Positions 7,629 to 17,049 of a DNA stretch of 64,000 bases are shown one piece after another. Made by a program: the position numbers and the translations under genes. Below the pieces are notes generated by a model. It searched no databases and was not told the origin of the DNA. It saw only the letters and a list, made by a program, of their open reading frames with translations. How positions within the stretch are numbered: the first letter of the stretch is position 1; each line of letters opens with the position of its first letter. The DNA is from Candidatus Woesearchaeota archaeon (GTDB lineage: Archaea; Nanobdellota; Nanobdellia; Pacearchaeales; GW2011-AR1), in assembly GCA_964448605.1 (NCBI GenBank), contig CAYUZV010000003.1, forward strand, positions 33,377 through 97,376, written 5' to 3'.

Positions 7629-7866
7629 AGGCATTGGAAAAAGCAGAAGGTATAATTAAAAATCTTAAAAAAGCATAGAGGGTGAGAAGAGGGAAAAAAT
7701 AAGTATTTTTGAATTTTGTCGTCGATAAAATTAATTTTGTTATAGAAAGGTTTTTAAAGGTAAATGCTTATATTTTTTTACAAATGAGTTAGTTTCTAAC
7801 TTGAAAATTAATTAAATTTATAATGGTTATTGAGAGATTTGAGTGAAAGATTGGAGGAATTTTAAT

Positions 7867-8016
7867 ATGAGTGATAAATATGGAGCTGAAAATATAAAGG
7901 TTTTGGAGGGGGTCAGGCATAAGTTTGATTTAGTTGAACTTTCAAGGAAAATAAAAAAGAAAGGAGATATTTTGATTTTGGCTAATGAAAATAAAATTGG
8001 AGGCAATCAAGAATGA
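7867..8016 (+). CDS. 49-aa ORF beginning with a copy of the GyrB N-terminus
   Basis: MSDKYGAENIKVLEGVRHKFDL..GNQE*; its TGA overlaps the gyrB ATG (ATGA). Confidence 0.5.
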   Translation: MSDKYGAENIKVLEGVRHKFDLVELSRKIKKKGDILILANENKIGGNQE

Positions 8017-9887
8017 CAGATAAGTACGGTGCTGAGAACATAAAAGTTCTCGAAGGTCTTGAGGGCGTCAGGAGGCGTCCTGCAATGTATATTGGAAGTA
8101 CTGGTAAGGAGGGTTTGCATCATTTGGTTTTTGAGGTTGTTGATAATTCTATTGATGAATGTTTGGCTGGATTTTGCAAGGTTGTTGAAATTGTGATTAA
8201 TAAGGATGGTTCTCTTACTGTTAAAGATGATGGAAGAGGTATTCCTGTTGATAAGCATCCTGTTCATAAAAAATCTGCAATGGAGATTGCATTGACTAAA
8301 CTTCATGCAGGGGGGAAATTTGAGAAAAGTGCTTATCAGATTTCAGGAGGTTTGCATGGAGTTGGTGTTAGTTGTGTTAATGCTTTGTCTAAAAAACTTA
8401 AGGCAAGAGTTATGAGGAGTGGAAAAATTCATCAGCAAGAGTATAAAATTGGAAAGCCATTATCTGATGTTAAGGTCGTCGGTAAATGCGGAAGTCAATC
8501 TGGAACTGAAATAACTTTTTTTCCTGATACTGAGATTTTTTCAACTGTTGAATTTGATTTTGCTGTTTTAAGAAAAAGATTGCAGGAGATTGCTTTTTTA
8601 AATCCTGTTAAGATTGTTTTGAAAGATGAGAGAAATGGAAAAAAGGAGGTTTTTCATTATACAGGAGGTTTAAGAGAATTTATTGAGCATATTAATAAAA
8701 CCAAGAGTGTTTTGCATAAGCCGGTTTATTTTAAGAAAGAGTTGGATGGGAATTCTGTTGAAGTTGCGATTCAGTATACTGATAGTTATAATGAGAATTT
8801 GTTTGGTTTTGTTAATACTATTAATACTACTGAAGGAGGGACTCATGTTTCTGGTTTTAAGACTGCGATTACAAGGGCTATTAATGATTATATTACTAAA
8901 AAGAATATGTTAAAGAATGAGAAGATTTCAGGAGATGATACCCGGGAAGGTTTGACTGCAGTTATTAATATTAAAATGAAGGATCCTCAGTTTGAAGGGC
9001 AGACAAAGACGAAATTGGGTAATTCTGAAATGAAAGGTATTGTTGATTCTATGGTTTTTATTTCTCTGACTGAATTTTTAGAAGAGAATCCAAGTATTGC
9101 TAATAAAATTGCTCAAAAAATTGTTAGTTCTGCAAAAGCTCGTAGTGCTGCAAAAAAAGCTCGTGATTTGGTTAGAAGGAAGAATGCAATGGGTGTTAGT
9201 GGTTTGCCTGGAAAACTTGCTGATTGTTCAAGTAAAAAGGTAGAGAAAACTGAATTGTATATTGTTGAAGGAGATAGTGCAGCTGGTTCAGGAAAAATGG
9301 CTCGTGATAAAGAGTTTCAGGCGATTCTTCCCTTGAAGGGTAAGATTTTAAATGTTGAAAAATCAAATCCTACTAAGGCATTGAGCAGTGAGGAAATTAT
9401 GAATTTAATTACTGCTATTGGAACTGGTGTTAAGGAGAATTTTGATATTAGTAAATTAAGGTATGGTAAGATTGTTTTGCTTACTGATGCTGATGTTGAT
9501 GGAAGTCATATTGATACTCTTTTGCTTACTTTCTTTTTTAGATATATGCCTGAATTGATTGAGAATGGGAATGTTTTTATTGCTGTTCCTCCTTTGTATA
9601 GATTTAGAAAGAAAAAAGATTATTATGTTTATTCTGAGGAAGAGTTGAAAAAATTGAATGCTAAGCTGGGTAGTGGAGATGTTCAGAGATTTAAAGGGCT
9701 TGGTGAAATGAATGCTCAACAGCTTTGGGATACAACTATGGACCCTAAGAAGAGGATTTTGAAAAAAGTTAAAATTGAGGATGCTGTTATTGCTGATGAA
9801 ACTTTTAATATGCTTATGGGTGATGTTGTTGCTCCTCGTAGGAAATTTATTGAAGTAAATGCTAAGATAGCAGAGGTGGATGTATGA
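8013..9887 (+). CDS. gyrB: DNA gyrase subunit B
   Basis: GLEGVRRRPAMYIG, EVVDNSIDE, DDGRGIP, GGLHGVG, TOPRIM EGDSA and DADVDGSHI, RFKGLGEMN. Confidence 0.97.
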   Translation: MTDKYGAENIKVLEGLEGVRRRPAMYIGSTGKEGLHHLVFEVVDNSIDECLAGFCKVVEIVINKDGSLTVKDDGRGIPVDKHPVHKKSAMEIALTKLHAGGKFEKSAYQISGGLHGVGVSCVNALSKKLKARVMRSGKIHQQEYKIGKPLSDVKVVGKCGSQSGTEITFFPDTEIFSTVEFDFAVLRKRLQEIAFLNPVKIVLKDERNGKKEVFHYTGGLREFIEHINKTKSVLHKPVYFKKELDGNSVEVAIQYTDSYNENLFGFVNTINTTEGGTHVSGFKTAITRAINDYITKKNMLKNEKISGDDTREGLTAVINIKMKDPQFEGQTKTKLGNSEMKGIVDSMVFISLTEFLEENPSIANKIAQKIVSSAKARSAAKKARDLVRRKNAMGVSGLPGKLADCSSKKVEKTELYIVEGDSAAGSGKMARDKEFQAILPLKGKILNVEKSNPTKALSSEEIMNLITAIGTGVKENFDISKLRYGKIVLLTDADVDGSHIDTLLLTFFFRYMPELIENGNVFIAVPPLYRFRKKKDYYVYSEEELKKLNAKLGSGDVQRFKGLGEMNAQQLWDTTMDPKKRILKKVKIEDAVIADETFNMLMGDVVAPRRKFIEVNAKIAEVDV

Positions 9888-10003
9888 TGGAAGGAGAATT
9901 TAATGGAGATGAGAGAGAAGGAAGATATGAGGGATATAGATGCAAGGATTTTCTTGTTCAGGATTATTTAATTTCAAAACATAAATTGGAGAGAGATATT
10001 TAA
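9884..10003 (+). CDS. Small hypothetical protein (39 aa)
   Basis: Its ATG overlaps the gyrB stop; MMEGEFNGDEREGRYEGYRCKDFLVQDYLISKHKLERDI*. Confidence 0.3.
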   Translation: MMEGEFNGDEREGRYEGYRCKDFLVQDYLISKHKLERDI

Positions 10004-10004
10004 A

Positions 10005-10181
10005 ATGATTTTTAATTATGTATATTATGTTGAAAGTAGTAAGAGAGAGTTTGGTAGTGATAATGAGATATTTAGTTCAATAGACAGATGTGATTGTCAG
10101 TATGATTTAAAAGTAAGATGTGTTTATGATGAGCATTGTTTTGAGAGAGATACTTGTCAGGCATATCATGGAGAAGAATGA
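10005..10181 (+). CDS. Small Cys/His-rich hypothetical protein (58 aa)
   Basis: MIFNYVYYVESS..RCDCQYDLKVRCVYDEHCFERDTCQAYHGEE*; its stop overlaps the next ATG. Confidence 0.35.
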   Translation: MIFNYVYYVESSKREFGSDNEIFSSIDRCDCQYDLKVRCVYDEHCFERDTCQAYHGEE

Positions 10182-10873
10182 AATTGAAAAAATCACTGAA
10201 TAAAATAGAGAAATTTGTTAGGTTAAGGTATGGCAGAAACTTAGCTGGGCTTTTGGTTTTTGGAAGTGTTGTGAGTGGTGATTTTGTTGAAGGAAAAAGT
10301 GATATTGATGTTATGATTTTGTTGAAAGATAAAGAGGGTTTGAATTTTGAAGAGGAGATTTTGGAATTGAGTGATGAATTGGGTAGTAGTGGTTTTGTTT
10401 GTCAGTATTTTCATACCTTAAGAAGTATTAAGGATTATGTTTTAAAGAGAAAGAGTTGGGGTGTTTTTGTTGTAATTGCTTCTGAAGATGGTGCTTTTGT
10501 GTTGTTTTCTTCTAAGGGGTTTAAGAGTTTGAAGGATTGGTTTAAGTCGCATCCTTTGACTAAGAATGATTGTGTTTATTATTTAAAAGAAAAACAAAAA
10601 ACAGATGTTAATGGTTATTTTAAAGAGAGAAAGGGTTTTGAATTTACTAAATCGATTTTTGCACATATTAGAAAGCAGTTGCAGATGTTGAATTTTTTTA
10701 AGAGTGGGAAATTGTTGTTTGATTATGAGAAATGTTTGAGAGGTATTGAAGGAGATTGTGAGTTGAAAGAATTGTATGAGAGGTATAAGAATCGTAAAGG
10801 ATTGAGTGTTAGTGAGGGGAAAGTTTATTATGATTATATTCGGAAGTTAAATAATGAAGTGAAGAGGGTTTAA
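10178..10873 (+). CDS. Nucleotidyltransferase (MNT/Pol-beta superfamily) domain protein
   Basis: LLVFGSVVSGDFVEGKSDIDVMILL (GS..DxD); ATG at 10178 preferred over the TTG start in the track. Confidence 0.8.
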   Translation: MKLKKSLNKIEKFVRLRYGRNLAGLLVFGSVVSGDFVEGKSDIDVMILLKDKEGLNFEEEILELSDELGSSGFVCQYFHTLRSIKDYVLKRKSWGVFVVIASEDGAFVLFSSKGFKSLKDWFKSHPLTKNDCVYYLKEKQKTDVNGYFKERKGFEFTKSIFAHIRKQLQMLNFFKSGKLLFDYEKCLRGIEGDCELKELYERYKNRKGLSVSEGKVYYDYIRKLNNEVKRV

Positions 10874-10874
10874 A

Positions 10875-11360
10875 ATGTCTGAAGAGCAAATAAAGATTAA
10901 GAATGAATTTGATTATTATATTTTTATAGATTATTCAGAAAATCTAATTGGTTATAATATAATTGAGAATAAAAAAATAAGAGAAATACTTCCAAAAATT
11001 AAAAAATTATCACATTATAAAACACTTAGGCATAAAAGAGAATACTTAAATTCTATGAGAAAACTGTTTGCTAGAGAAAAAATTGACTCTTATCTAAAAA
11101 AATTGAAGATAAAAAATATTAGAGATAATTTAGATATTTTTATTGAAGTTTCTGAATTTATTAAAAAACATGATAATTGTATTATTTTTGTTTCTGTGGA
11201 TAATTTTCAGTATAAGAAATTTATAAAAATAATTAACTTAGTGGATAGTAAAAAAGTTGAGATTGTTAAAGAGAGTCAATTAAAAAAAGGGTCTATTGAG
11301 TATAGATTAAGTTTAATAATTGATACACAATTAAATTTAAATAGGAGAAACAGAAAATGA
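10875..11360 (+). CDS. Hypothetical protein, weakly DUF3800-like
   Basis: N-terminal YYIFIDYS and C-terminal S..SLIID recall DUF3800 (YxFxDES..LQLAD); A-rich composition unlike its neighbours. Confidence 0.5.
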   Translation: MSEEQIKIKNEFDYYIFIDYSENLIGYNIIENKKIREILPKIKKLSHYKTLRHKREYLNSMRKLFAREKIDSYLKKLKIKNIRDNLDIFIEVSEFIKKHDNCIIFVSVDNFQYKKFIKIINLVDSKKVEIVKESQLKKGSIEYRLSLIIDTQLNLNRRNRK

Positions 11361-11371
11361 ATAATAGATTT

Positions 11372-11503
11372 GGGAGCTCGTCAATCCTACCACAGAAATT
11401 AAAAATTTCTGTGCCTTCAACTCTTAGGAGTTTAAAGGTAACCGCATCATCTTCGGATTTCTCCTATCTCCTCGAAGGAGGCACGGGGTTCGTCAGAGCT
11501 CTT
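11372..11503. ncRNA. Candidate structured RNA between the DUF3800-like gene and gyrA
   Basis: GC-rich island closed by a GGGAGCTC/GAGCTCTT stem; perfect 10-bp hairpin CACAGAAATT/AATTTCTGTG; further pairings GTGCCT/AGGCAC and TAGGAG/CTCCTA. Confidence 0.45.
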
Positions 11504-11559
11504 ACATCTATTGATAATAAATATAAGATGAAGAGATATTTAAATTTTTTGGTTAGAAG

Positions 11560-14082
11560 ATGGAAGAAGAAAAACAAACAAGTTTAGAGAATGGAAATGG
11601 TTCAGAGATTGAACATCTGGAAAAAGAAGATATTAATTTAAGGGATTTGGATGAGAATAGGATTTTGAATGCAGAGATTTCTAAGGAAATGAAGAAGTCG
11701 TATATTGATTATGCAATGAGTGTTATTGTTAGTCGTGCTTTGCCTTCTGTTGAGGATGGGCTTAAACCTGTTCATAGGAGAATTTTGTATGCTATGAAAA
11801 AAATGGGGCTTGAGAAAGGGATGACTAAAAAGAGTGCTCGTATTGTTGGAGATGTGATTGGTAAATATCATCCTCATGGAGATACTGCTGTTTATGATTC
11901 AATGGTTAGAATGGCTCAGGATTTTTCATTGAGATATCCTTTGGTTTTAGGACAGGGTAATTTTGGTTCAATGGATGGAGATAGTCCTGCTGCACAAAGA
12001 TATACAGAAGCAAAGCTTGCAAAAATTTCAATAGAATTACTCCAAGATATAGAAAAGGAAACTGTGAAAATGATTCCTAATTTTGATAATTCAGAGAAAG
12101 AGCCAGTTGTTTTGCCTGGTAAATTGCCAAATTTGTTGATTAATGGTTCATCGGGAATTGCTGTTGGTATGACTACTAATATTCCTCCTCATAATTTGGT
12201 TGAGGTTTGTGATGCTATTATTGCTATGATAAATAAACCAAAGATTGCAATTGATGAGTTAATGGAGATAATCAGGGGGCCTGATTTTCCAACCGGAGGG
12301 CAGATTGTTGCAGAGAACCTGAAAGATTTGTATGAAAATGGAAAGGCAAGTTTTGTTATAAGGGGCAAGGTTAGTAGTGAGGAAAAGAAAGGCAAGGAGT
12401 TGATTGTGATTACAGAAATTCCTTATCAAGTTAATAAATCTGATTTAGTTAAGAGTATTGCAGAATTGGTTAGGGATAAAAAACTGGTTGATGTTTCTGA
12501 TGTGAGGGATGAGAGTAGTAAGGGGAAGGTGAGGGTTGTCATTGAATTAAAGAAAGGTGCTAATTCACAGTTTACAATTAATAGATTATTTAAGTCAACT
12601 CGTTTGCAGAGTCGTTTTGATGCTGTTCTTGTTGCATTAGTTAATGGAGTTCCGAAAACTCTGAATTTGAGACAGATAATTCAGTGTTATATTGATTACA
12701 GGAGAAGGATTATTAGAAAGAGGACTGAATTTGATTTAAGAAAAGCAGAGGCAAGATTGCATATTGTTGAGGGATTGTTGATTGCTCAAAAGAATTTGGA
12801 TGCTGTTATTGAGACAATTAAGAAAAGTCGGACAAGTGCTGAAGCTGGTGAAGCATTACAGAAGAAGTTTAAATTGAGTAAAAAACAGGCAGAAGCTATT
12901 TTGGAAATTACTTTGAAAAGTTTGACTGCTTTGGAGAGAGAGAAATTGCAGAAAGAGGAGAAGGATTTGAAAGAATTGATTACTAAATTGAGAAAAATAT
13001 TAGATGATGAAAAAGAGATTTTGAAGATTATCAGGTTAGAGTTGAATGAGTTGAAAAAGAATTATGGGGATAAGAGAAGGAGCCAGATTATTAAATCAAT
13101 TAAGGAGATTAAGGAAAGGGATTTGGTTCAGAAGAAAGATGTGGTTATTACAATTACTGAAAAAGGTTATATTAAGAGAATGCCTTATCGGGTTTATAAT
13201 GAGCAGAAAAGAGGGGGCAGAGGAGTTATTGGTGCTGAATTGACAAGTGATGATTTTGTGAAAAAGTTGATTAGTTGTTCAACTCATGATTATTTGTTAT
13301 TGTTTACTAGAAGAGGGAGGGTTTTTTGGTTGAAAGCATATAAAGTTCCTGAAACACAGAGGTATGGAAAAGGACAGGCGATTATCAATTTGTTGAATGT
13401 TAAGGATGATTCTATAACGAATGTTATTGCTGTTAAAGATTTTAAGAATTATTTGTTTATTGGGACTAAGAAAGGTATTGTTAAGAAGATTAAACTGGAA
13501 TTGTTTTCTAAACCTCGTAATACTGGTGTGAGGATTATTAATCTGCCTAATGATGGAAGTGATGGAGTTGTTGATGTTAAGTGTGTTTTTAAAGGGCAGG
13601 AGATTATGCTTTTGAGTAAAAAAGGGCAGGCAATTAGATTTAATTCTGATAATGTTCGGGACATGGGTCGTGCAAGTTATGGTGTTACTGGAATAAAAAT
13701 GGATAAGGGTGATGAAGTTGTTAGTTTGGAGATTGCTGGAGATGTTAAAGATTCAATTTTGACAATTACTGAAAAGGGTTATGGTAAAAGGAGCAAGATA
13801 GAGGATTATAGAAAGACAGGAAGGGCTGGGAAAGGTGTTAAGAATTTGAAAATAGGTGATAAAACCGGAGATGTTGTTAGTAGTTTGAATGTTATTAATA
13901 GTGATAAATTTGTTGTTTCAACAAAAAAAGGAATTGTTATAAGGACAAATGTTAGTGATTTGAGAGTGATGGGCAGAGTGACTTCTGGTGTGAGGATTAT
14001 TCGGTTGGGGCAGGGAGATAGAGTTAGTGCTATTGCTAAGTTGGTGGAGGGAGAAGTTGAGAGAGGGGAAGAGGTTGAGTGA
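11560..14082 (+). CDS. gyrA: DNA gyrase subunit A
   Basis: [22 protein letters not shown], catalytic AAQRYTE, GyrA box QKRGGRG and beta-pinwheel repeats. Confidence 0.97.
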   Translation: MEEEKQTSLENGNGSEIEHLEKEDINLRDLDENRILNAEISKEMKKSYIDYAMSVIVSRALPSVEDGLKPVHRRILYAMKKMGLEKGMTKKSARIVGDVIGKYHPHGDTAVYDSMVRMAQDFSLRYPLVLGQGNFGSMDGDSPAAQRYTEAKLAKISIELLQDIEKETVKMIPNFDNSEKEPVVLPGKLPNLLINGSSGIAVGMTTNIPPHNLVEVCDAIIAMINKPKIAIDELMEIIRGPDFPTGGQIVAENLKDLYENGKASFVIRGKVSSEEKKGKELIVITEIPYQVNKSDLVKSIAELVRDKKLVDVSDVRDESSKGKVRVVIELKKGANSQFTINRLFKSTRLQSRFDAVLVALVNGVPKTLNLRQIIQCYIDYRRRIIRKRTEFDLRKAEARLHIVEGLLIAQKNLDAVIETIKKSRTSAEAGEALQKKFKLSKKQAEAILEITLKSLTALEREKLQKEEKDLKELITKLRKILDDEKEILKIIRLELNELKKNYGDKRRSQIIKSIKEIKERDLVQKKDVVITITEKGYIKRMPYRVYNEQKRGGRGVIGAELTSDDFVKKLISCSTHDYLLLFTRRGRVFWLKAYKVPETQRYGKGQAIINLLNVKDDSITNVIAVKDFKNYLFIGTKKGIVKKIKLELFSKPRNTGVRIINLPNDGSDGVVDVKCVFKGQEIMLLSKKGQAIRFNSDNVRDMGRASYGVTGIKMDKGDEVVSLEIAGDVKDSILTITEKGYGKRSKIEDYRKTGRAGKGVKNLKIGDKTGDVVSSLNVINSDKFVVSTKKGIVIRTNVSDLRVMGRVTSGVRIIRLGQGDRVSAIAKLVEGEVERGEEVE

Positions 14083-14134
14083 GATTCTGGAAAAAAGGAG
14101 ATTGAATGTATAGCATAATAATTTTTATAAATAG

Positions 14135-14371
14135 TTGATGATTGAATTATTTATGTATTCAGAAATAAAAAAGTTTGGAAGATTTTTAAGAGGTTTGTTT
14201 GATTCTTCTCATAGGGTTGATTGTTATTATGAGGGATTTGATAAGAATTGGGGAGATTTACATAAAGGAACTTTTGAAGGTTTTGAAGTAGAAAAAAGGA
14301 TTCATCATTGCAGGTCAGGAGTTGATGATTGTTCTTTGGGTGAGTGGTTTTGTAGTTTTGGAGGGGTTTAG
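14135..14371 (+). CDS. Hypothetical protein
   Basis: ORF with + strand-typical composition after a TATA-like TTTTATAAATA. Confidence 0.4.
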   Translation: MMIELFMYSEIKKFGRFLRGLFDSSHRVDCYYEGFDKNWGDLHKGTFEGFEVEKRIHHCRSGVDDCSLGEWFCSFGGV

Positions 14372-14408
14372 TATAATAATCCTTATAATGTTTGAAAGGT
14401 AGTTTTTT

Positions 14409-14719
14409 ATGAGATTGATTTATTTTGAACCTAAGTATAAAGTTGGAGAGTTTGTTTTGGGTGATATTTGTGGAGATGATGTTTTAATGAAAGTTATATG
14501 CTCTGAATTTAAACGAGATAATGGAGATTGGTTTAAACATAATTATTATGATGGAGGGAGAGTTCCTTTGAAAAAGATTATCCTTCTGGTAATTATGGTG
14601 TGGTTTGTGAAATTAGAAATCGGAGAGAAAGAGATTTAAGGCCTGTTAATGTTAGGGAGATTGATTTGCTTGATTTGTTGGAGGTAAAGAAGCACCTGAG
14701 GGTTGGTGAAATTTGTTAA
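14409..14719 (+). CDS. Hypothetical protein, apparently frameshifted at TTGAAAAAG (~14568-14576)
   Basis: The ORF 14409-14639 turns into poor sequence after VPLKK, while the -1 frame continues DYPSGNYGVVCEIRNRRERDLRPVNVREIDLLDLLEVKKHLRVGEIC*. Confidence 0.35.
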
Positions 14720-14746
14720 GGGATTAAAGTAATCTTTATATACTTG

Positions 14747-14762
14747 CTATAGTTAACTATAG
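14747..14762. promoter_or_regulatory. Operator-like perfect palindrome before the TA operon
   Basis: CTATAGTTAACTATAG between TTTATATA and the ATG at 14764. Confidence 0.55.
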
Positions 14763-14763
14763 T

Positions 14764-15000
14764 ATGGAAAAAACAACAATTCAAATAAATTTTAATACTT
14801 TGAATAGGATTAAATCTTTGAAACGATTTGAAAGAGAAACTTATGATGAGATTTTGAATAATCTTATTAATGATGTTGAGGAAGATGTTTTATTTGACGA
14901 TGAAATCGTTGAGCTTCAAGAAGCATTGGAAGAAATTAGACAGGGCAAGACTAAATCAATAGAAGAAGTTGCAAAAGAAATGCAGATTTCTTTAATATAA
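14764..15000 (+). CDS. Antitoxin (RHH-like N-terminus, RelB-like)
   Basis: TTIQINFNTLNRIKSLK..ETYDEILNNLI; acidic C-terminus ALEEIRQGKTKSIEEV; lies directly before a RelE gene. Confidence 0.75.
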   Translation: MEKTTIQINFNTLNRIKSLKRFERETYDEILNNLINDVEEDVLFDDEIVELQEALEEIRQGKTKSIEEVAKEMQISLI

Positions 15001-15001
15001 A

Positions 15002-15250
15002 ATGTATTCTATTGAATTGACTGAAAAGGCTCAAAAATTTCTCAATAAGATTGAAAAAAGAGATGTTGAGATTATTTTGAGGAAGATATATTCAATTAGA
15101 GAGAATCCTTTTCCTTATCTTAAAAAACTAAAGGGAGAAAAGTTTTGGAGATTAAGAGTTTTGAAATATAGAGTTATTATTGATGTGGTTATAAGTGGAA
15201 AACGGATTTTTGTTTTAAGGATAGGTCTTAGAAAAAATGTTTATGATTAA
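15002..15250 (+). CDS. RelE/ParE-family toxin
   Basis: MYSIELTEKAQKFL..LKGEKFWRLRVLKYRVI..IGLRKNVY. Confidence 0.85.
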   Translation: MYSIELTEKAQKFLNKIEKRDVEIILRKIYSIRENPFPYLKKLKGEKFWRLRVLKYRVIIDVVISGKRIFVLRIGLRKNVYD

Positions 15251-15666
15251 ATCCTGAAAAATCTTTTTATAATATTTAGAAAAGAGGTTTTGTCAGGTGT
15301 TTCTATTTTTGGAGGATTGCATTTTCCTTTATTGCATCCATTTGGACATTTGTATTTTATTGATTCCTGAAATCTGTTTTTTGTTGAATCTTCTATGCAA
15401 TAGTATTCTATTAGTGTTTTTTCATCTTTGCATTCATCTGAATGTTGGAAGTTTTCTGTTTTGAAAAATGTGTATTCGCCTCTTACATTTCCTTTAATCC
15501 AGTATTCTTTTCCTCCATCTGAATCTGTGCAAGTGTTTATTGTTGTTCCAACTGCACGAATTGCAAATCCTGTGAGTTTTACAAATGATAAAAGAATTAG
15601 TATTAGAATTATTATTGCGATTATTCTTTTTATTGTTTTTTTATTGGGTTTTTTCTTTGATTTCAT
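15247..15666 (-). CDS. Membrane-anchored/secreted Cys-rich protein
   Basis: Basic N-terminus + hydrophobic helix; CTDSDGG..LIEYYC..CPNGCNKGKC module. Confidence 0.65.
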   Translation of the reverse strand: MKSKKKPNKKTIKRIIAIIILILILLSFVKLTGFAIRAVGTTINTCTDSDGGKEYWIKGNVRGEYTFFKTENFQHSDECKDEKTLIEYYCIEDSTKNRFQESIKYKCPNGCNKGKCNPPKIETPDKTSFLNIIKRFFRI

Positions 15667-16034
15667 TTTTTACAATAACAGCTTCTTCCTTCTGATACAC
15701 ATTCTCCTTCTGGACAAGTTCCTGTGCATATTTCGTATTCTTCTGTGTAAAATCCACAAGGTCTTGTTTCAATATCCTCGGGCAAAGGTTCTTCTGAATT
15801 TCCTCCTGATGAACTCCCTCCACTTCCTGATGAGTCTCCTCCTGTTAGGGATGTCGGGGAAGTGGTTTCTGAATTTATTTCAGGATTGTCATTATTTTGA
15901 TTTGATTGAGATGAATTTTTTGTTCTTAGTTCAAGTTCTATTAGTGATTCTCCTTCTGGTGTTTTATAGAATATTAAAAATCCTAAGACGATTAATGTTA
16001 AAATTATTATGATTATTATTAAACTCTTTTTCAT
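15663..16034 (-). CDS. Membrane-anchored protein with Ser/Gly linker and Cys-rich C-terminus
   Basis: MKKSLIIIIIILTLIVLGF; GGDSSGSGGSSSGG; C-terminal Cys cluster. Confidence 0.6.
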   Translation of the reverse strand: MKKSLIIIIIILTLIVLGFLIFYKTPEGESLIELELRTKNSSQSNQNNDNPEINSETTSPTSLTGGDSSGSGGSSSGGNSEEPLPEDIETRPCGFYTEEYEICTGTCPEGECVSEGRSCYCKK

Positions 16035-16101
16035 ATTTAAAGTAAGAGATAGTATTATTTAAAGGTTTTTTGGTATTTGAGTTATAGAAGGAGTGAATTT
16101 A

Positions 16102-17049
16102 TTACATTGTAAGTTCATCTACCTGATATGTTGAAAGATGCGCATCATCTATTTTAAACCATGTTGGCATATTTTGGATTCTTGAAGACGAAGGTGTGTT
16201 TGATGAGAAGTAAATGTAATCTACACAGGTCTTGTCTTTTACTGCTATTCCTTGAGTTGAAAATTCTGGGAGATAGACAAGTGATTCTATGCCATTAGGG
16301 TTTGCATTTAGATTTCCTTGTAATCTGTCTAAAAAACTTGGTGCTGATGTTGAGTTTATGTAAAAAGATTTTTCTAAGTGGTCTTGCAGATTGGAGGTAT
16401 CTGTTCCTTGTGTGAAGTTTTCATATATTGTTTTGTTTATTTTTTTAGTTATTAATCCATTTGAGTTTATTGTGTAAAGAGGGTCTTCAAAATTTTCAAT
16501 TGGAATGTAAGTGTGTGTTGTGAATGTTCGGTTCCATGAAACAAGATTGTTTTCATCCTCTATTTTAAGGTTGGTTTGAAAGTTTATTTTTATGTTCCAA
16601 GGATTATCTTGTGTTATTGAGATTGAAGGGGTTGTTAGATTAACATCAACATTCATTTTTCTTGATTTTTCATTTATTGAGTTTTTAATTCCTGAAAAAG
16701 TTACACCATTCATTATTGGCTGATATTCATTGTAAATTGTTCCATTGTAAAAACATTCTTCAAATGTTGAATTCAGGTTTGTTATGTAGTTTCCTGATTC
16801 TGAAATTTTTTTATTAAAAAGAAAGATTATTCTGAAGGTTGAGATGTATATTTGTCGCGGGATGTCTTCTTCTAATGAGAATACAAAATCATTCATTGTT
16901 TTTATTCTTCGGTTTGTGTCTTTTCTGTCTTTAGAAATGTTGTAAAATCCGTAGCTTAGTATGAAAAGTGAAAGCAGAGCTATTGAGATTATTGTGAATA
17001 CCATTGCTTTTTTTGATTTCATGAATGGATTAAGTTTTTTCATCTCCAC
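16102..17049 (-). CDS. Pilin-like protein with class III-type signal peptide
   Basis: MKSKKA/MVFTIISIALLSLFILSY; last gene of the pilin-like operon. Confidence 0.6.
   Translation of the reverse strand: MEMKKLNPFMKSKKAMVFTIISIALLSLFILSYGFYNISKDRKDTNRRIKTMNDFVFSLEEDIPRQIYISTFRIIFLFNKKISESGNYITNLNSTFEECFYNGTIYNEYQPIMNGVTFSGIKNSINEKSRKMNVDVNLTTPSISITQDNPWNIKINFQTNLKIEDENNLVSWNRTFTTHTYIPIENFEDPLYTINSNGLITKKINKTIYENFTQGTDTSNLQDHLEKSFYINSTSAPSFLDRLQGNLNANPNGIESLVYLPEFSTQGIAVKDKTCVDYIYFSSNTPSSSRIQNMPTWFKIDDAHLSTYQVDELTM

Noticed and set aside
11440-11500. CTGACGA on the minus strand as a hammerhead ribozyme core or C/D box
   Set aside because: No stem II closing onto a GAAA in the required geometry, and the K-turn stem register does not pair.
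11357-11587. 76-aa ORF between the DUF3800-like gene and gyrA
   Set aside because: It coincides with the GC-rich structured island and has an implausible composition; more likely non-coding.
15428-16012. 194-aa + strand ORF spanning two minus-strand genes
   Set aside because: Low-complexity antisense shadow with no domain signature. Unlike 5847-6629 it is not flanked by Hint motifs.
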